This document shows positions 40,441-54,139 of a DNA stretch of 64,000 bases, one piece after another (position 1 is the stretch's first letter; each line of letters opens with the position of its first letter). Where the stretch lies: positions 3,640,303-3,704,302 of the forward strand of contig MU053513.1 of NCBI GenBank assembly GCA_013239625.1. The letters run 5' to 3'. The translations under genes and the position numbers were made by a program. The notes below the pieces were generated by a model. The model saw only the letters and a program-made list of their open reading frames with translations. It did not search any database and was not told where the DNA came from. Origin of the DNA: Lama guanicoe (Eukaryota).

Positions 40441-41859
40441 GCCAGTCATGCTGTGTGATAATACCAGGCAGTATTTCCTTTGCTACCATTGTATAATCTC
40501 ATTGTTCTGAGTTTTAATGTATTGCTTTTAAAATGTAATGAGCTATATTGTTTCTATAGCAACCCATAATTTTTGGTCACTAAAGTTTGAATGCACATAG
40601 GCACTTCATAAGGATCTCTTACTGTGCCCAAAATCTTTCCATTAGGAGGCCTTATGGCATAATCGAGTAGGTCTCTCCACTGTATCTGAGAGTCAGTCTG
40701 TAGAATCCACAGAGAAATGTCTTCTGTCCTTTTCTGGAGCTAGGAAAGCCACTGCCACTCTCTTCCCTGTCAGCACAGCAGAGGGAACAGGTGGGAGTAC
40801 ATATTGTCATTCCGTCTGGAGCAAGATGAGAAATTTGCCTTTTTTGTTCAAGATCTCCAGATTCAATTTGTACGTGCCTTAATTCACACAAGGAAATTGG
40901 AAGATAAATGTTCCTCAGTGAAAAACTGTGTTCAATATTGGATTAATTTTGTGATTCCTCTAAATTAATCCTGATGCCACCGATTAAAATGAATGACTCA
41001 CAAAATTTAATATATATATTCCTCATCCCTGAACTACAAGTAGTCTTACTAGCTTGTTTCTAAGATAAATTTAACTCTTCCAGTGTTGGACTAAAAGAAG
41101 ACTGAAGGCAAATGTTTGGCAGAGGCTACTAGGAGTGTTAAGAATTTTTTTTAACATGAAAGAATATATACCTTGACCTGAGGGAAGATGAAGCTAAGTC
41201 AGTTTCACTGATATATTGTAAGCAGGTCAGCATCTTTTGCCATTTTGTTAGATCAGGACCTTTTTAGGCTTATCTTTCATCTGTGTTCTTTTCATAAGAA
41301 GTGTTACCATGAAAGAGCCATGTTTCTTACAAATTCTGCCAAGAAAACACCTGTTCTTTGCCCTTTATGTGGAATATGGCCGGCGAGGTAACACTTGGAT
41401 GCAACAAAGGCACTTGATATTCGACTGATGAAAGGCAGAACCTCTGTTCAAGTGGGTGAAGTGAGTCTGGGTAGAAAGAAATCAAATCTCCTTGAAAGAT
41501 CAAACTAACGTTTATGATAATGACCCTCTTTTGTCCTCTTTCACTGATGGGTGCTATTCAATTATTGTACTAACCAGAAAAAAGAATAGGAAGATTTATT
41601 ATGCAAATTGTTCTTGCCATCACCTTGTACTAACAATATGAACACAATAAAGTACAGTTTTAACTTTGAATAAATTTTTATTTTTTTCTTTTCAAATGGA
41701 TCCCCAGTTGAAAGAGTTGTGTCATTGCTGTATTTACACAGGAAGTACTTGGAGTTAGGGTCTAAAGTTTGCTTTAATTTTGTTTTTTAATCTTCCTCAT
41801 GAATAATTATTCCTATTAGCTGAGAAGACAGGAAGTTAACAGGAAAGGAAATCAATGCA

Positions 41860-42712
41860 GACAAGCCCAGAACTCTGTCACCATCCTGTGAGAAACCCAA
41901 GCCACATGGAGGAGCCACATACAGGGTTCTAGTCAGGAGGCTGGGCTGGCTCCCAGGGACAGATCGTATTTACCGTCAGCCCTGTGGGGTTTTCAGATGA
42001 TTAAAGCCCCATTCAACATGTGACTGTGTGAGAGACCACATGGGGCCCAGCTGAGCCTTCCCCAGATTCCTGACTCCCAAAATCATGAGCAAAATCAAAT
42101 GATTCTGTTATGCCAGTGGGCTTGGGGGTGTAAGGATAGATAAGCAGAACAAAATTTGGTACCTGGAAGTGGAATGCTGGCTTAACAAGACCTAAAATAT
42201 GGGTACTGGTTCTGGAGACCAGGTGTTCTGAAGCCTGGTGGACTTCGAGAAGGTTGTTTGGTGAGAGTTTGAAGGTAAATGAGAGAAATGCAATTGGAAG
42301 CCAGAGGGAAGGACACCTTGCAATGTGATGGTGGTGAAAGTTTGGCAACACTGTTGCCAATGGTAATAATGTGGAAAGAAGGAAATATACCTAATGAATT
42401 CAATGATCTGTCTAAAGAGATCATTCTTAAGAGTAGAACCAGCCCTGAAGAACTTCATCTATACCTGGACCTGATTTAAGTGATGAGATCCAGACCTTGA
42501 CCCTGAGCCTGATGCTTTAACTGGATGAGGCTTCTGGGGATCCTGGGAAAGTAAGTGTATTTGATTGTAGAGGAAATGTACAAAGTTTGCGGGCAGAGGC
42601 TGGACTATAGTAGTTTTAACACATGGCTGCAAACACTTTGTCATTCCTTTCATCAAGAGGTGGGGTCTACATCCCCACTACCTTGAATTTGGTGAGGTTA
42701 GCGATTGCTTCT
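41860..42712 (+). mobile_element. Truncated MaLR provirus (MLT1G/H-like): 3' part of LTR, deleted internal region, 5' part of second LTR
   Basis: LTR end gataagcagaaca at ~42150, then internal start aaatttggtacctggaagtgg. Purine-rich gggcagaggctggac precedes the second LTR at ~42606. Confidence 0.75.
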
Positions 42713-44932
42713 CTGCTAGAGAATGACCCAAGCCAAAACAGATCAGTAAAAGCTAGTGATGTGCAGATAATTTGTAGATCAGTGCAAAAGATTAAAGGAA
42801 GACCTTCATGGGTCAACTGCACACTAGTAGGACTGAAAGAACCAAGTACAGAAAGGTGGAGGTTTACATAATTCAGTCCTAAATCCTTCATGGAATGAGG
42901 TGGAGAGTAAACAAAACAATTGAATTAATAATAATCAAATGTGGTTACACTTAACCCCATCATTTTGGTATTAAATCATATTTTCATTGTCTTGGGGGTA
43001 ACAAGACAGTCACATGTCACTTTTCCATTCATTGCTTAAGGAAATCCAGCATATCCTTCTCTTCTCTGTCCTGGACTGCCCGGAAACACCAAGGAGGGGG
43101 CAGTCTTGTATCCAGTTTCTCATTGGAGAGAGGCTTTATAGTCTGTTGGAGCGCTGATGTTTTGGTTGTTTCCATTTGGTATCATTTCTTAGTCAATTAC
43201 TCATTTGAGTCCTTCCAGTATTGTTGTGGTTTCCTACACTAGGATCCAAGACTAGCTTTTTAAGTCTTTATGCAATGCTCAGCCATTTCTCCTCAAAGCA
43301 TGGCTAGTGTTGGAATGCAGCCCCTACACTTAGACTCTTCTTTAACCCTAGGACACCTAGTCTCTGCCTTCATGGGAAGTCCCCATTTGGGGTATTTGTA
43401 TTCCTGTTGACCTATAGACCTAGTTCAGGGTCAGTCTGTTCTGTCTTAAACTGAAGTCTCAAGGAGAAGAATTTGAGTTCTCATCCCTTCCTTCTCTTAA
43501 AGCTAATTAGTTCTTCCATGCCAAGGGGTAAAAGGATGGGAGAAACCGTATTCTCATAACTGAGAGGTCACTCAAGTAACCTTTTGAAGAACAAAGATAA
43601 TTTCAATATGGCTTTTTGATTCTGTCTATTCAAAGAATCAGTGAACAGTCTCTTACTAATAAATAAATGAATGTATTTTTAAATTAAGTTATGTCTCATC
43701 CAACATCCCATTGTGGTTTGTGAGCGTGATGGTATAACCCTAATATTGCCTGTAAGGGGATGCTGGTGATGGAAAGTGACTATGACAGGAGGTCACACTA
43801 TGGTTTTACCCTACTTTGGAACTAAAATGAGCTTATCTATCCGATCACCACGTGGAAATATGTTAGCAAAGTGAAATTAATTTTTCCAATAAAAAGATAA
43901 GAAATTTAAAGAACTCTAGTTCCGTTATCTTAAAAATTGCTCTGGCAAATTTTTCGTAATGAAAAATATATTATATTGATAGATAACCAGAACCAGTAGT
44001 AAATGTCCTTTCACGTTCTTCACAAATATGTAAATGTTTATAAGTAAAACTACATACCTACACTTTATTTTGGAATCTTCATTTTCAAAACGAAGCACTT
44101 AGTTCTGACTCTGCTGCTTGAACATATTTTTATTTTCCTTTTTGTTTTCAAGCATTGAGTGACGTTTTTCCTGTTTGCTGTGTTTTGCTGAATGCACGAA
44201 TTCCCGTTGATTTCAAGTGGAATATTGTTAGCATGAGAGAGACTGATTTGTGCTCAAGGACACGACCCTAAACTCACCACTGGGTGAAAGAGGCCACCTG
44301 TGAAATGATAAACAACGTTTTTTTTAATCCAGGCAACTGGGTGCAGGGCTGCTTCCAAAAATGTTCTACAGCAGCAGTGTCATCCACACAGATTTTCAAA
44401 TTCGGTGTCATGTGTCCTATTATCTGCTTCATTGCATTTGTAAATTGCTTGTGTTAAAAAGCCATAAGCACAATTTGGCAGGCCTGTTCCTCACATGGTA
44501 AAACAGTTAAAATGTACCTTTAAGGGATACAAAATAATGATTCGAAAGCCAGCAGTCCCAACCAGCAAGTGTTTAGGGAATGCCTTAGCTGCCCCAAACA
44601 GATTTGCAGTTAATTTTTAAGTGTCAGTGCAAGCAGTTGGTCTAATCACATTTTCTCCTTGACAGAGGGCTTTTTAATGGCCGCAACTTCTGACTCAACC
44701 CTAGAGCAAGCACAACAGGAACATGCTTTGCAAACGTTTGAAAATAAGAGATAATACTAGATAATACTACTAGCTCCTGGTACTTCAGTAACATACATTT
44801 CTTGATATGAGTGAAAGGATAATTTGCATGAATAAAGTTTTCACCTGCCCCTTAACATCTATGCTTATATGCTGTGAATTGCCCAAAGAGAAGTGTTTCA
44901 CCAATAATTTCTCTTCTTCTCTTTCTCTTTTC

Positions 44933-44955
44933 TCACACACACACACACACACACA
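44933..44955. repeat. (CA)n microsatellite
   Basis: Seen directly. Confidence 0.9.
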
Positions 44956-46099
44956 CCAGCTACTCTTAGAGTGATCTTTTAACGTTATTTCTAAAATAGT
45001 GAGAAAATTAAGGGAAAAAAGATGATTGATCCAGATTTGTATTGATTGCTGTGTAACTTTGTCATTTGATCTTATGCACCAATATGATCCAGACAGTTTA
45101 ACTCTAGAGCGTGTAGTCTTAATCACCGTGCTATATTGCCTTTTATTTAATAAAGATGGATGAGGAGTCTTTAAGTAATGAAGGTTACTGAAAGAGGGGG
45201 CAGACCAGAACCCTCTGATACTCTCCTGGTGCTTTCTTTGCCTCCTCTCCCTCCCTCCTATAATTCCATGTAGAGTTGGGCTTAAACCAGAGAGGGTCAG
45301 GGAATGACACTAGGGGACTCAGAGAAAAGCAAGTATTCCTCTGCAAGCAAAAATCTTGAATAATCTGATAGCTACAGTCTCACTTGGTGAGACTGAGTAT
45401 GTATTTACTTTGTTGCAGTGTCATTGTTTACAGTCAGCGACTCTTTGCGAAATTTGCCTCTATGATGTACCCACCGAAGAGAGGAACATACTCTTTGTGA
45501 TAATCCGTACCTATTAATACAGAGCTGGTTTTTTCTTTCAGTTAGTGCTTGTACTACGAGTAAATAAAATTATGTCAGACAGTATCTCATTATTTGAGCT
45601 TTTTTGACCAGCAAGACCTCAAAGGATTTCATAGATCTTTCAAAAAGTGTATTTACTAGTAGATATCAATAATGAAGATCACATGTGACATTTTCAGATA
45701 TAATAAACTGAATCAATTTTTAGGAACAATGAGAGCTCTTCCTTCATATAAAACAATTGTTGCTAATGATAGAATCACAACTAAGCAAGTAACCACCAAG
45801 ATGAGTGATACTGAATGTGTGGTGACCTTGAGTTTTTCTAAGAAAATTTGAATAGGATGAGAAGGACCCATTTGAACAGAGCCTCTGCTGTGGATTGTGC
45901 ATCTGGCACTGACAATCATGCTATACTAAAACAGTCTCCCTGGAGTTCATTATATACAATAACCTAAAATGCTGCCTCTCCATCAGTATCTGGGTCCATG
46001 CTCCAGCCCACGCGTGCACTGCACTGGTCTCCTCTGTCCCCAGTTCCCATTCTGCCCCTACCTCTCACAGGACCTTTGACTGTGTGTCCATTTGCCGCA

Positions 46100-46412
46100 A
46101 GCCTCTGTGCCTCAATTCATTTTTCAGGTCTAAGCTCCTGCATTACTTATCCGGGATATCATCCCTGACTTTCCCTCATTTGATCATTTGTCTCTATGAA
46201 TCCCTCTTTTTGTACCATGTTTTGCTTCTTTATAGCACTTGTCAGAACTGAAATTTCACATTTGTGCAATTGATTCATTAAGATCTATTTCCCCCAGGAG
46301 ACTGTAGGCTCCGGGAGAGCAGGGACCTTTAATACCGAGTCTAGCGTGGTGCTGACGCATGGTGGGCGCTCAAAAAACATTTGTGCAATGCGTGAAGAAA
46401 AGAATGAATAAA
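46100..46412 (+). mobile_element. LINE-2 3' end
   Basis: agactgtaggctccgggagagcaggga...ggcgctcaaaaaacatttgt...gaatgaat. Confidence 0.7.
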
Positions 46413-46869
46413 TGTCTGCCTTCATTCTTTCCAGCCACTTCAGTGTGAATCAAAACCTTGAAGAGGCTGTAAATCGTGGTAGACTAACATCTATTTAGAT
46501 TAACTAGAAAAAGAAGTGTATTAATGAAATAAGCTTAGAGTCAGACCTGCTCACAAAGAAGAACAACAGAGATACTGTGAAAAGCCTAATTTAGTTTCTT
46601 GGTTATTTGGTGGGCTTTCCATTTTCTTTCAAGTCTGTGTATTATTATTGTTGTTGTTGTTATTTACAAATTCGTTTTAAAAATATTCTTTGTCCCATCT
46701 TTTACTTCCTACTCTCACCCCTTCCATTTACAGACTCTGGAAGTTGGAATGTGTATCCTATGTGGCAGTAAATGCTGACAAAAGAGAGTCTGAAAACATT
46801 GCATCTCTGGTAGTTTTTGTTTGTTTTAAATGAAGTCCGAAACGTCTTGCTGAACATATCTGACGTTCC

Positions 46870-47365
46870 CCTGTGTGTAGGCTGGTCTCACTTGGATGTG
46901 GGCTGGGTTTTTCCATTTCCCCGCCTCTTCACCCTGCTCTGTCCCCTGACGAGCTGGCATTTGTCATGATGTCAACAGGCTCTCTTGTCCTCTGCCTCCC
47001 AGTCTGGCTTGGTCTGTGGGAGGCATCAACAGTAGAGTGAAGGGTGGGAGAATGATTTTGCGGAAGTTAATCCTCTGACTCCCTTGCCGATGGGTCACTG
47101 CAGGTTAGCTCCCTCCTCTACCTGAGCCCCAAGTCCCATTCGTCAGCTCTCTCCATTTGGCTTCTGTCTCTGGATTTGGGGAGCTCCTTGCTCCTTTGCC
47201 CCTTTAGGCCTAGAGGTAAAAACGACTCCTTGTTGTTGCCAGCCTCTGGTTTCTTTGTTTTCCTTAACTCAGCCCATACCTTTTGGAAATATTTCTTTCT
47301 TAAACTCTCTGCAATTATCCTGTGTGAATATGACATCTGTTTCCTGCTAGGATCCTGCAACCCAG
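46870..47365 (+). mobile_element. ERVL solo LTR (LTR33-like)
   Basis: caccctgctctgtcccc...ttaaactctctgcaatta...catctgtttcctgctaggatcctg. Confidence 0.7.
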
Positions 47366-47489
47366 CCTTGAAGGGTATTGCTTCCTAGGTGATGCTTTTT
47401 TCTCCCAAAAGAGATGGTGATCATTTTATTCAAATAGGTTCATACGGTCTGGTGTTTTTAAAGTTATTTTTAAGAAAAGCACATGTATT

Positions 47490-49290
47490 TCCAAGTTCCC
47501 TGGTCTGTGGATACAGATAACATCAACCAAATTTTGCTGTCTTTTGACCCTGTGTCTGATTTTTTTAGTACCTCCACTGTCAAAAGACTTCCCCACCAGT
47601 AATTTCTGGGACTTACCAGAGAGTGACTCGTACTTAAAAACACATCTACCTTGGGTCTCCCATAGGGTGTTCTACTGGTCCATAAGGCTGACTCTTCTGA
47701 GGGATTGAGTTCAGGGTTGGTCATACAGTGCTGACACATTTGTCATGTAAGCTTTTTTGGGAACCAGGTCAGTCTTTGTGAATAAAAATCCCTTCTGTCC
47801 AAAACCCATACATAGTCTTCATCCCTATCATCATGATTATTTTTTCCACAAAATCATCACACAAGTACTTTTCCATCTGATTATTGAAAGCTGTCTCTAC
47901 AGAGGGGTCTTTACTAGGTGGCAACATGATACATAAATATCTTCATATTCTGGGTCCATTTTGAGGTCAGTCCTTCGAAGTATTTCTCAAACTTCCTTCC
48001 CATTGATTGTTTAATATTTTTTTTCTATTCCAGCTTGTGATAACATGACCAAATCATTGACCTCTGTCTATGAACAGATAAACAGTTCTGATCATCTTTT
48101 TGTTCAGTCAAAGTAGATACCCAGAAAAATGTCTCCTGGTCAGAGCCAACAGCTTCTCTATACTCATCTATGAATCTGGTTGTTTTTTTTTTTTTCCTTC
48201 CTAGTCAAAGAATCACAGGGACCTTTTAATGAGCCATAGGCATGTGTTAAAGCAGTGCCTGAGGAGTCAACACACTGTTATTGTGAGCAGTCTTCTTGTG
48301 TAACTTTCTTGTGCCCTCACGACCTTCTCACGGCATTGTGTGAACATACCACTTCTGCTCAGTAAGGGAGTGCTGTTGGGCACAGGCAACGTGAGGCTTG
48401 ATGGATCAGATAACGTTCATTCATTGATGAGCCTCTCATGTCATTAGGTGATTGTTCAAGGTTCAGGAGCTACTTCTCAAAAGAAGAACAGTTATTTGCT
48501 GAAAGGACATGGATTTTCTCCAAAAGTATAGGAACCTCCCACTGTGATTCTCTTAAAAGGCATTTGCCACAGGTCCCCTATAGCATCCTGCTCTCTGACA
48601 GATATTTTAAGCACCATTGAATCCATTCTGCCCTACAGACTCAGCAGCAGACCTACTTGCACAGTAACCTGGATAATCTGAAAAACACTTTATTTCTTGG
48701 GGCAGCTGTTAAATGCTGTGCCTCTATTATAATAACAGAGAATGCAAAGTGCAGCAACTTATCTTTTACTTTGGAGGAGATATTACTGCTGGACCCTCAG
48801 GTCTTTACTGGAAGACCCCTGTATTTTCATGAGATTTCTCTCCCATCCATTAGCACCCACACGTCTTTGTAAGGCAGCAAGATTACATGCTATCCAGTAT
48901 TCTCCAGATCTTATCAGTGTGATGCCATCAGTGTAGGGAATCTGTGTGGTAGCCTGTGAAGTAAGATAATATTAAAACCCTGCAGACTAAACTGCGACAA
49001 AGACCTAGAAGGTCATGTAACTTTGAGGGGAAATAGCGGGGATACACCACTGTCCCTTCCAGGTGAAGGCAGATGCTTCTGGCGTTTTTTTACTTACTGG
49101 GAAAGAGAAGCTTTTGTTAGAGAAATTGCTGCATCCAAGGCGGCAGAGGCTGTTATGGATTTTTTCTAGTAGAGTGACTACAACTTGAACAGCAGCTAAA
49201 ATTAAGGTCATGACTTGGTTTAGCTTAAGCAAATCCATTCTCATTTTTCTGAAACCATCTTCCCTCTGCCCTGGCCAATCAGGGTGATAC
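47490..49290 (-). mobile_element. ERVL-class endogenous retrovirus internal (pol) relic
   Basis: Minus ORF 49005-49355 contains DGFRKMRMDLLKLNQVMTLILAAVQVVVTLLEKI...AFTWKGQ, resembling ERV-L RT ([34 protein letters not shown]...AFSWQGQ). Left boundary approximate. Confidence 0.8.
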
Positions 49291-49786
49291 ATAGTTTCCT
49301 TAGGGAGAACGTGTTCATTACAAAATAGTATTATACTAAATATGAATGTGTTCACTTCTGTATCTTCAGTGTTTATTTGCCTACCACATAGTAAGGCCCA
49401 ATGAATGAATGAATGATTTAAATTAATAGGAATATGATGATTGACAATTCAGTATTAATGAATAGGAGTTTGACTGTATTCTAGACCAGCACTTTAAGAT
49501 AAACCTTTTCATACTAACTTTCTCTTAAGAATTAAGATAAATAGATATCAGATACTGTATAATTGTTTAAGCCCTAAAGAATTTTTGAAATTAAGTTGCA
49601 GGCTCCATGTATTAAATCATATAGTGAAGACACACAGAAAATACTTAAATCCTAGCAATTGTAGCTGAGTTTAAAACAAGACAAAACAAATAGAAAGAAA
49701 ATTTAACTATTGTGAATATTTAGGTTGAAGGAGAGAAAGATGATTTCACTGCTTCCTTCAAGTATATGAAAGATTTTTAAAAGCTA

Positions 49787-50320
49787 TGTAGTGATTTTCT
49801 ATTGCTGAATAACAAATTACTCGCAAACTTGGCAACATATTGTAACAAACGTTTCTCATCTCACTGTTCCTGTGGTTAGGAATTGGAAACAGCTTAGTTG
49901 GGTGGCGAGGGCTTTGAGTCCTTCATGAGGTAGCTGTCAACATGTAAGCCAAGGCTGCAGTCAGCTGAAGGCTTGACTGTGGGGGACGCCACCTTTTAGA
50001 TGCCCCCCTGCTGGGATGTTAGCAGGAAGCTTCGGTTCTCACTGACTGCTGACAATCGCGTGGGCTTTTCTGTAGGACTGTCTGAGAGTCCTCAGGACAT
50101 GTCAGTTGGCCTTCCCTAGAGCTAGTGATCTTAGAGAGTGCAAAGAGGAAGCTGCATTGCCTGTTATGACTACTCTTGTCATCAAATGTTATTCTGTCAC
50201 ATGCCATTCATTAGAAGCAAGTTTCTAAGTCTAGTCCACACTCAAAGGATGGAGAATTAAGCACCACTATTTGAAGAAAAATGTCAAATAATTTATGGAC
50301 ATATTTGAAAGCCACCATGT
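49787..50320 (-). mobile_element. MaLR solo LTR (MLT1F/H-like)
   Basis: tctattgctgaataacaaattac...ggctgcagtcagctgaaggcttgactg. Confidence 0.75.
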
Positions 50321-50351
50321 ATGATGATCAGCTGAATAAAAATAAATGGGG

Positions 50352-51692
50352 TTATTCAGGTCTCCTGCCCATTTTTTAATTGAGTTTTTTTTTTTGATGT
50401 ATGCACTGTTTATATATTTTGGATATTAACCCCTTATTAGTCATATAATTTTCAAATATTTTATCCCATTCTGTAGTTTTTCTTTTTGTTGATGGTTTCC
50501 TTTGCTGTGCAAAATCTTTTAAAGTTTAGTTAGGCACCATTTATTTATTTTTATTATTATTTCTTTTGCCTTAGGAGACAGATCCAAAAAATTATTGCTA
50601 TGATTTATGTCAAAGAGTGTCCAGACTGATTTCTTCTAGTTTTATGGTTTCCAGTCTTACATTTATGTCTTTAATCCATTTTGAGTTTATTTTTGCATAT
50701 GGTGTTAAAGAGTATTCTAATTTCATTCTTTTACATATAGCTGTTCAGTTTTCCCAGTACCACTGATAGAAGAGACTGTCTTTTCTCCATTGTATATTCT
50801 TGTCACCTTTATTGTAGATTAACTGACCAGAAATGTGTGGATTTATTTCAAGGCTCTCTATTCTATTCCACTGATCTATGTGTCTGTTACTGTGTCATTA
50901 CCATACTTTTTGATTATTGTAGCTTTGTATTGTAGTCTTTAGTCAGGCAGCGTGATTCCTGCAGCTCTGTTCTTCTTTCTCAAGATTGTTTTGGCTATTT
51001 GGGATCTTTTGTGTTTCCATACAAATTTTAAAATAGACATCTTTTCAAAGAATACATAAAAATGGCCAACAGGCACATGAAAAGATGGTCAAAATTGTTA
51101 ATCGTCAGAGAAATGCAAATTAAAACCACACAGAGATATCACCTCATACTGGTAAGAACGGCTATCATCAAAAAGAACACAAATAACAAATATCGGCAAG
51201 AATGTGGAGAAAAGGGAATCCTCTTACACTGTTGGCGGGAATGTAAACTGATACAGCCATTGTGGAAAACAGTATGGAGTTTTCTCAAAAAAAAAGAAGA
51301 ACAAAACAAAACAAAACAACAACAACAACATAGAACTACAAGTTGACCCAGCAGTTCCACTCCTGGGTTTATGTCCAAAATAAACAAAAACACTAATTTG
51401 AAAATATACATGTACCCCAATGCCCCAGTGTTCATAGCATTATTTACAGTTGCCAAGATATGGAAGCAACTTGTGTCCATCAACAGATGAATGGATAAAG
51501 ATGTGAAAGAAGACACACACACAAACCATGGAATATTACCTAGCCATTAAAAAGAATGAAATTTTGCTACTTGCAACAACATGAATGCACTTGGAGGTTA
51601 TGATGCTTAGTGAAATAAGGTCAGACAGAGAAAGACAAATACTATATGATATCACTTTTATGTAGAATCTAAAAAAAATAAAACTAGTGAAT
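50352..51692 (+). mobile_element. 5'-inverted (twin-primed) L1
   Basis: Reverse ORF2 50352-~51032 and forward ORF2 from ~51033. ORF 51062-51346 includes the ECGEKGILLHCWRECKL CCHC motif. Confidence 0.9.
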
Positions 51693-51828
51693 TTTTTAAA
51701 AGTACGTGGACTTAACTTATAAGAAAGAACTCCATGATAGCGTATCCCCTCAAAAATCCTGGAGAAATGTGGCAATGTGGAATCTACATATTTTTTGAGA
51801 TTTTTAAGAGTGTGAATAAACACCTAAA

Positions 51829-52551
51829 TCAGTGGCTCTTAACTGGAACAGTACCACTGCAGAGCGGGTCTTTTGGAAAATTTGAGTTCACCTTTTGATT
51901 GTCACAATGTTTTGGAGGTACCACAGTCATGTGGTGAGTGGGTGGGAGCCAGAGGAGATAGATGTTTGCCAACATCTGGGACAGCTCTGCACAACCAAGA
52001 GTTGCCCCACTCCCTGTCTAACTCTCCCGTGCCCCACTCCTGTGGGTGACAACTTGCTTTTAAATATTTGAATTTGGAACTTCTGTTTTAAAATTGCTCA
52101 TTTTAATTTTTGCATTATTTTAATAACTACCAAGGGAATTTGAGGAAAGATCGTATTCTTTTTGGTTAGAATTTACTAAAATTTGTTCACGTAGGAAAAA
52201 TTGCATCATTGACAACACCACTTGTCTCCTACACACTACGCTTCAGTCCTCTCGCAGTTATAACCATTACATTCAGGGATCCTGTCTGTAGGTGAAGGCA
52301 CTTGACTCTTTCATTATGTCTTCTGGTTTGTCACATATGAGCATTTGCATATTGATATGGATGCTCTTTCATTATAAATTCTTATTTCTCATTTACATCA
52401 TAGTTAGTACCCCTTATGTTTTTTTTTAAAGATAAAGTGTGTATGTGGGGGGTGAGTTATGTGTGGATATTATTTCAAGATTATAAAAAGAACACTGTCA
52501 AATATTTTTATAAAAAGGATGTGTTGGATATGAAGGGTTTGAGAAGGACTG
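51829..52551. mobile_element. hAT-Charlie element (MER20B-like)
   Basis: Ends cagtggctcttaac ... tttgagaaggactg; internal ttttgattgtcacaatg. Confidence 0.65.
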
Positions 52552-52631
52552 ACATACAAACCCGTGTTGCTATGGCACTATTAATCACCTTATTTGAGAA
52601 ACCCTTGATCTTTGTGGGAAAGTAGTCTAGA

Positions 52632-52949
52632 ATATCTTCTAAGAGAAACATAACGTGAGTCACAAGTATAATGTTAAATTTCCTTGTAGCCACATTTAAG
52701 GGAGTAAAAAGATACAGATAAAATTAGTTATAATAATATACCTTATTAAATTAAATAACCAAATATTATTTCAAATGTAATCAATATAAACATTATTAAT
52801 GAGGTATTTACATTCTTTTTTTCTGTTGTTCGTACTGTCTTTAAAACCTGGCATGTATTTTGCAGCAAGTCTGTCTCAGTTCAGATAAGCCACATTTAAG
52901 TGCTCTGTAGCCATGTGTAGCTAGTGGCTACCATATTGGGCAGCACAGT
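52632..52949. mobile_element. hAT-Charlie MITE (MER33-like)
   Basis: agccacattt...tgtaatcaatataaa...tagctagtggctaccatattgggcagcacag; flanked by gtctagaa/ttctagaa. Confidence 0.82.
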
Positions 52950-53609
52950 TCTAGAAGTTCCATGAACAGAGAAATTCCAAGAAAGGGAGTAGAATGTGAA
53001 AAGTCCTTAACTTTGCTTCCTTTACTAAAGAGAAGCCCTTTACTAGCAGACAAAAATGACTGCTACTGCATACCTCCTTTCCTCTTTATTCCCCCTGCTG
53101 TATTCCTCCAGTGGAGCTGTGGAGAGATGGGGACTTAGTGGAGGAGATAAAGAAAACCAGATACCCTTGACCGAGATGACTTGGTTGAACTGGCCCTTGC
53201 AGCTTTCAGCTCAAAGACTTGATGTTCCAGCTCAGACACAGACCATCTGCAGCAAAACTTCTGTGCCAGGGGCAATGTGGGGAGGTGTAGCAGCAGCAGC
53301 TTCGTAAACAGCCACCTGCCACAATTCCAAACTACGAAATCCAGAAGGAGCACTTTTCCCTTGACACTTCCATCTTCCTCCTCCTCTCCTTTATCGCTGG
53401 GCATCAGATCCCTGTCGACTCTCCTTCACCTGCCAATTAGAAAGTTCTTCTTTTCAAATGGCGAAGATTTCAAAATTGCCCGTGTCATCGCCTTTCCTAC
53501 CATATGTGTCTAACATACTGCTGCTCCTCATTTAGGTGATATCCTTGTTGTTTCCTGCTGTTAACAAGCTCATTCCTAATCCTTTAGTAAGCAGCATTTA
53601 CAGTGACAA

Positions 53610-53860
53610 TAGTCTAGTGTTGAAAGCACAGGCCCTGGAGAGCAACCCATGTAAGTTCAAACCCTGTTGTATGCCACTTAAAAGCTGGATAATCTTGAGG
53701 AGCAAATAAAACCCCAAGCTGCAAATAAAATCCGAGATGAAAATAACATCTACTTCCTAGCATTACTGTGAGCCTCCATCATGGAGTTATTGTGAGACTC
53801 AAGTGAGAAATGGATGCCATATTTAGCATAGTACTTGACACATGTGAGCAATGAGTAGAT
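53610..53860 (+). mobile_element. MIR SINE
   Basis: agcacaggccctggag...gttcaaaccctg...gagttattgtgagactcaagtgaga. Confidence 0.7.
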
Positions 53861-54139
53861 TAATGCTCTTCTTATTACTCTATTTCCTCAACCTGTAATT
53901 CCTCCCCTACTCCTGGTCACCTTCCCTATTCCTTCTCAAATCCTAGTCATCTTCCAGTCTTTCCCAGGTCCCATCTCTTCTCCAAGCCTTCTATAAATTT
54001 TATTCTTTCCTTTTCATGTGTTCCTTGAGAACTTGGACATAAATTATTCTGGTACTGACTTCTAGTACCGGATACATAGTGGTCACTTAGTGAATTCTTT
54101 AATTGATTCATTGATGATGAAAAAGGGAAATTAAACGAC

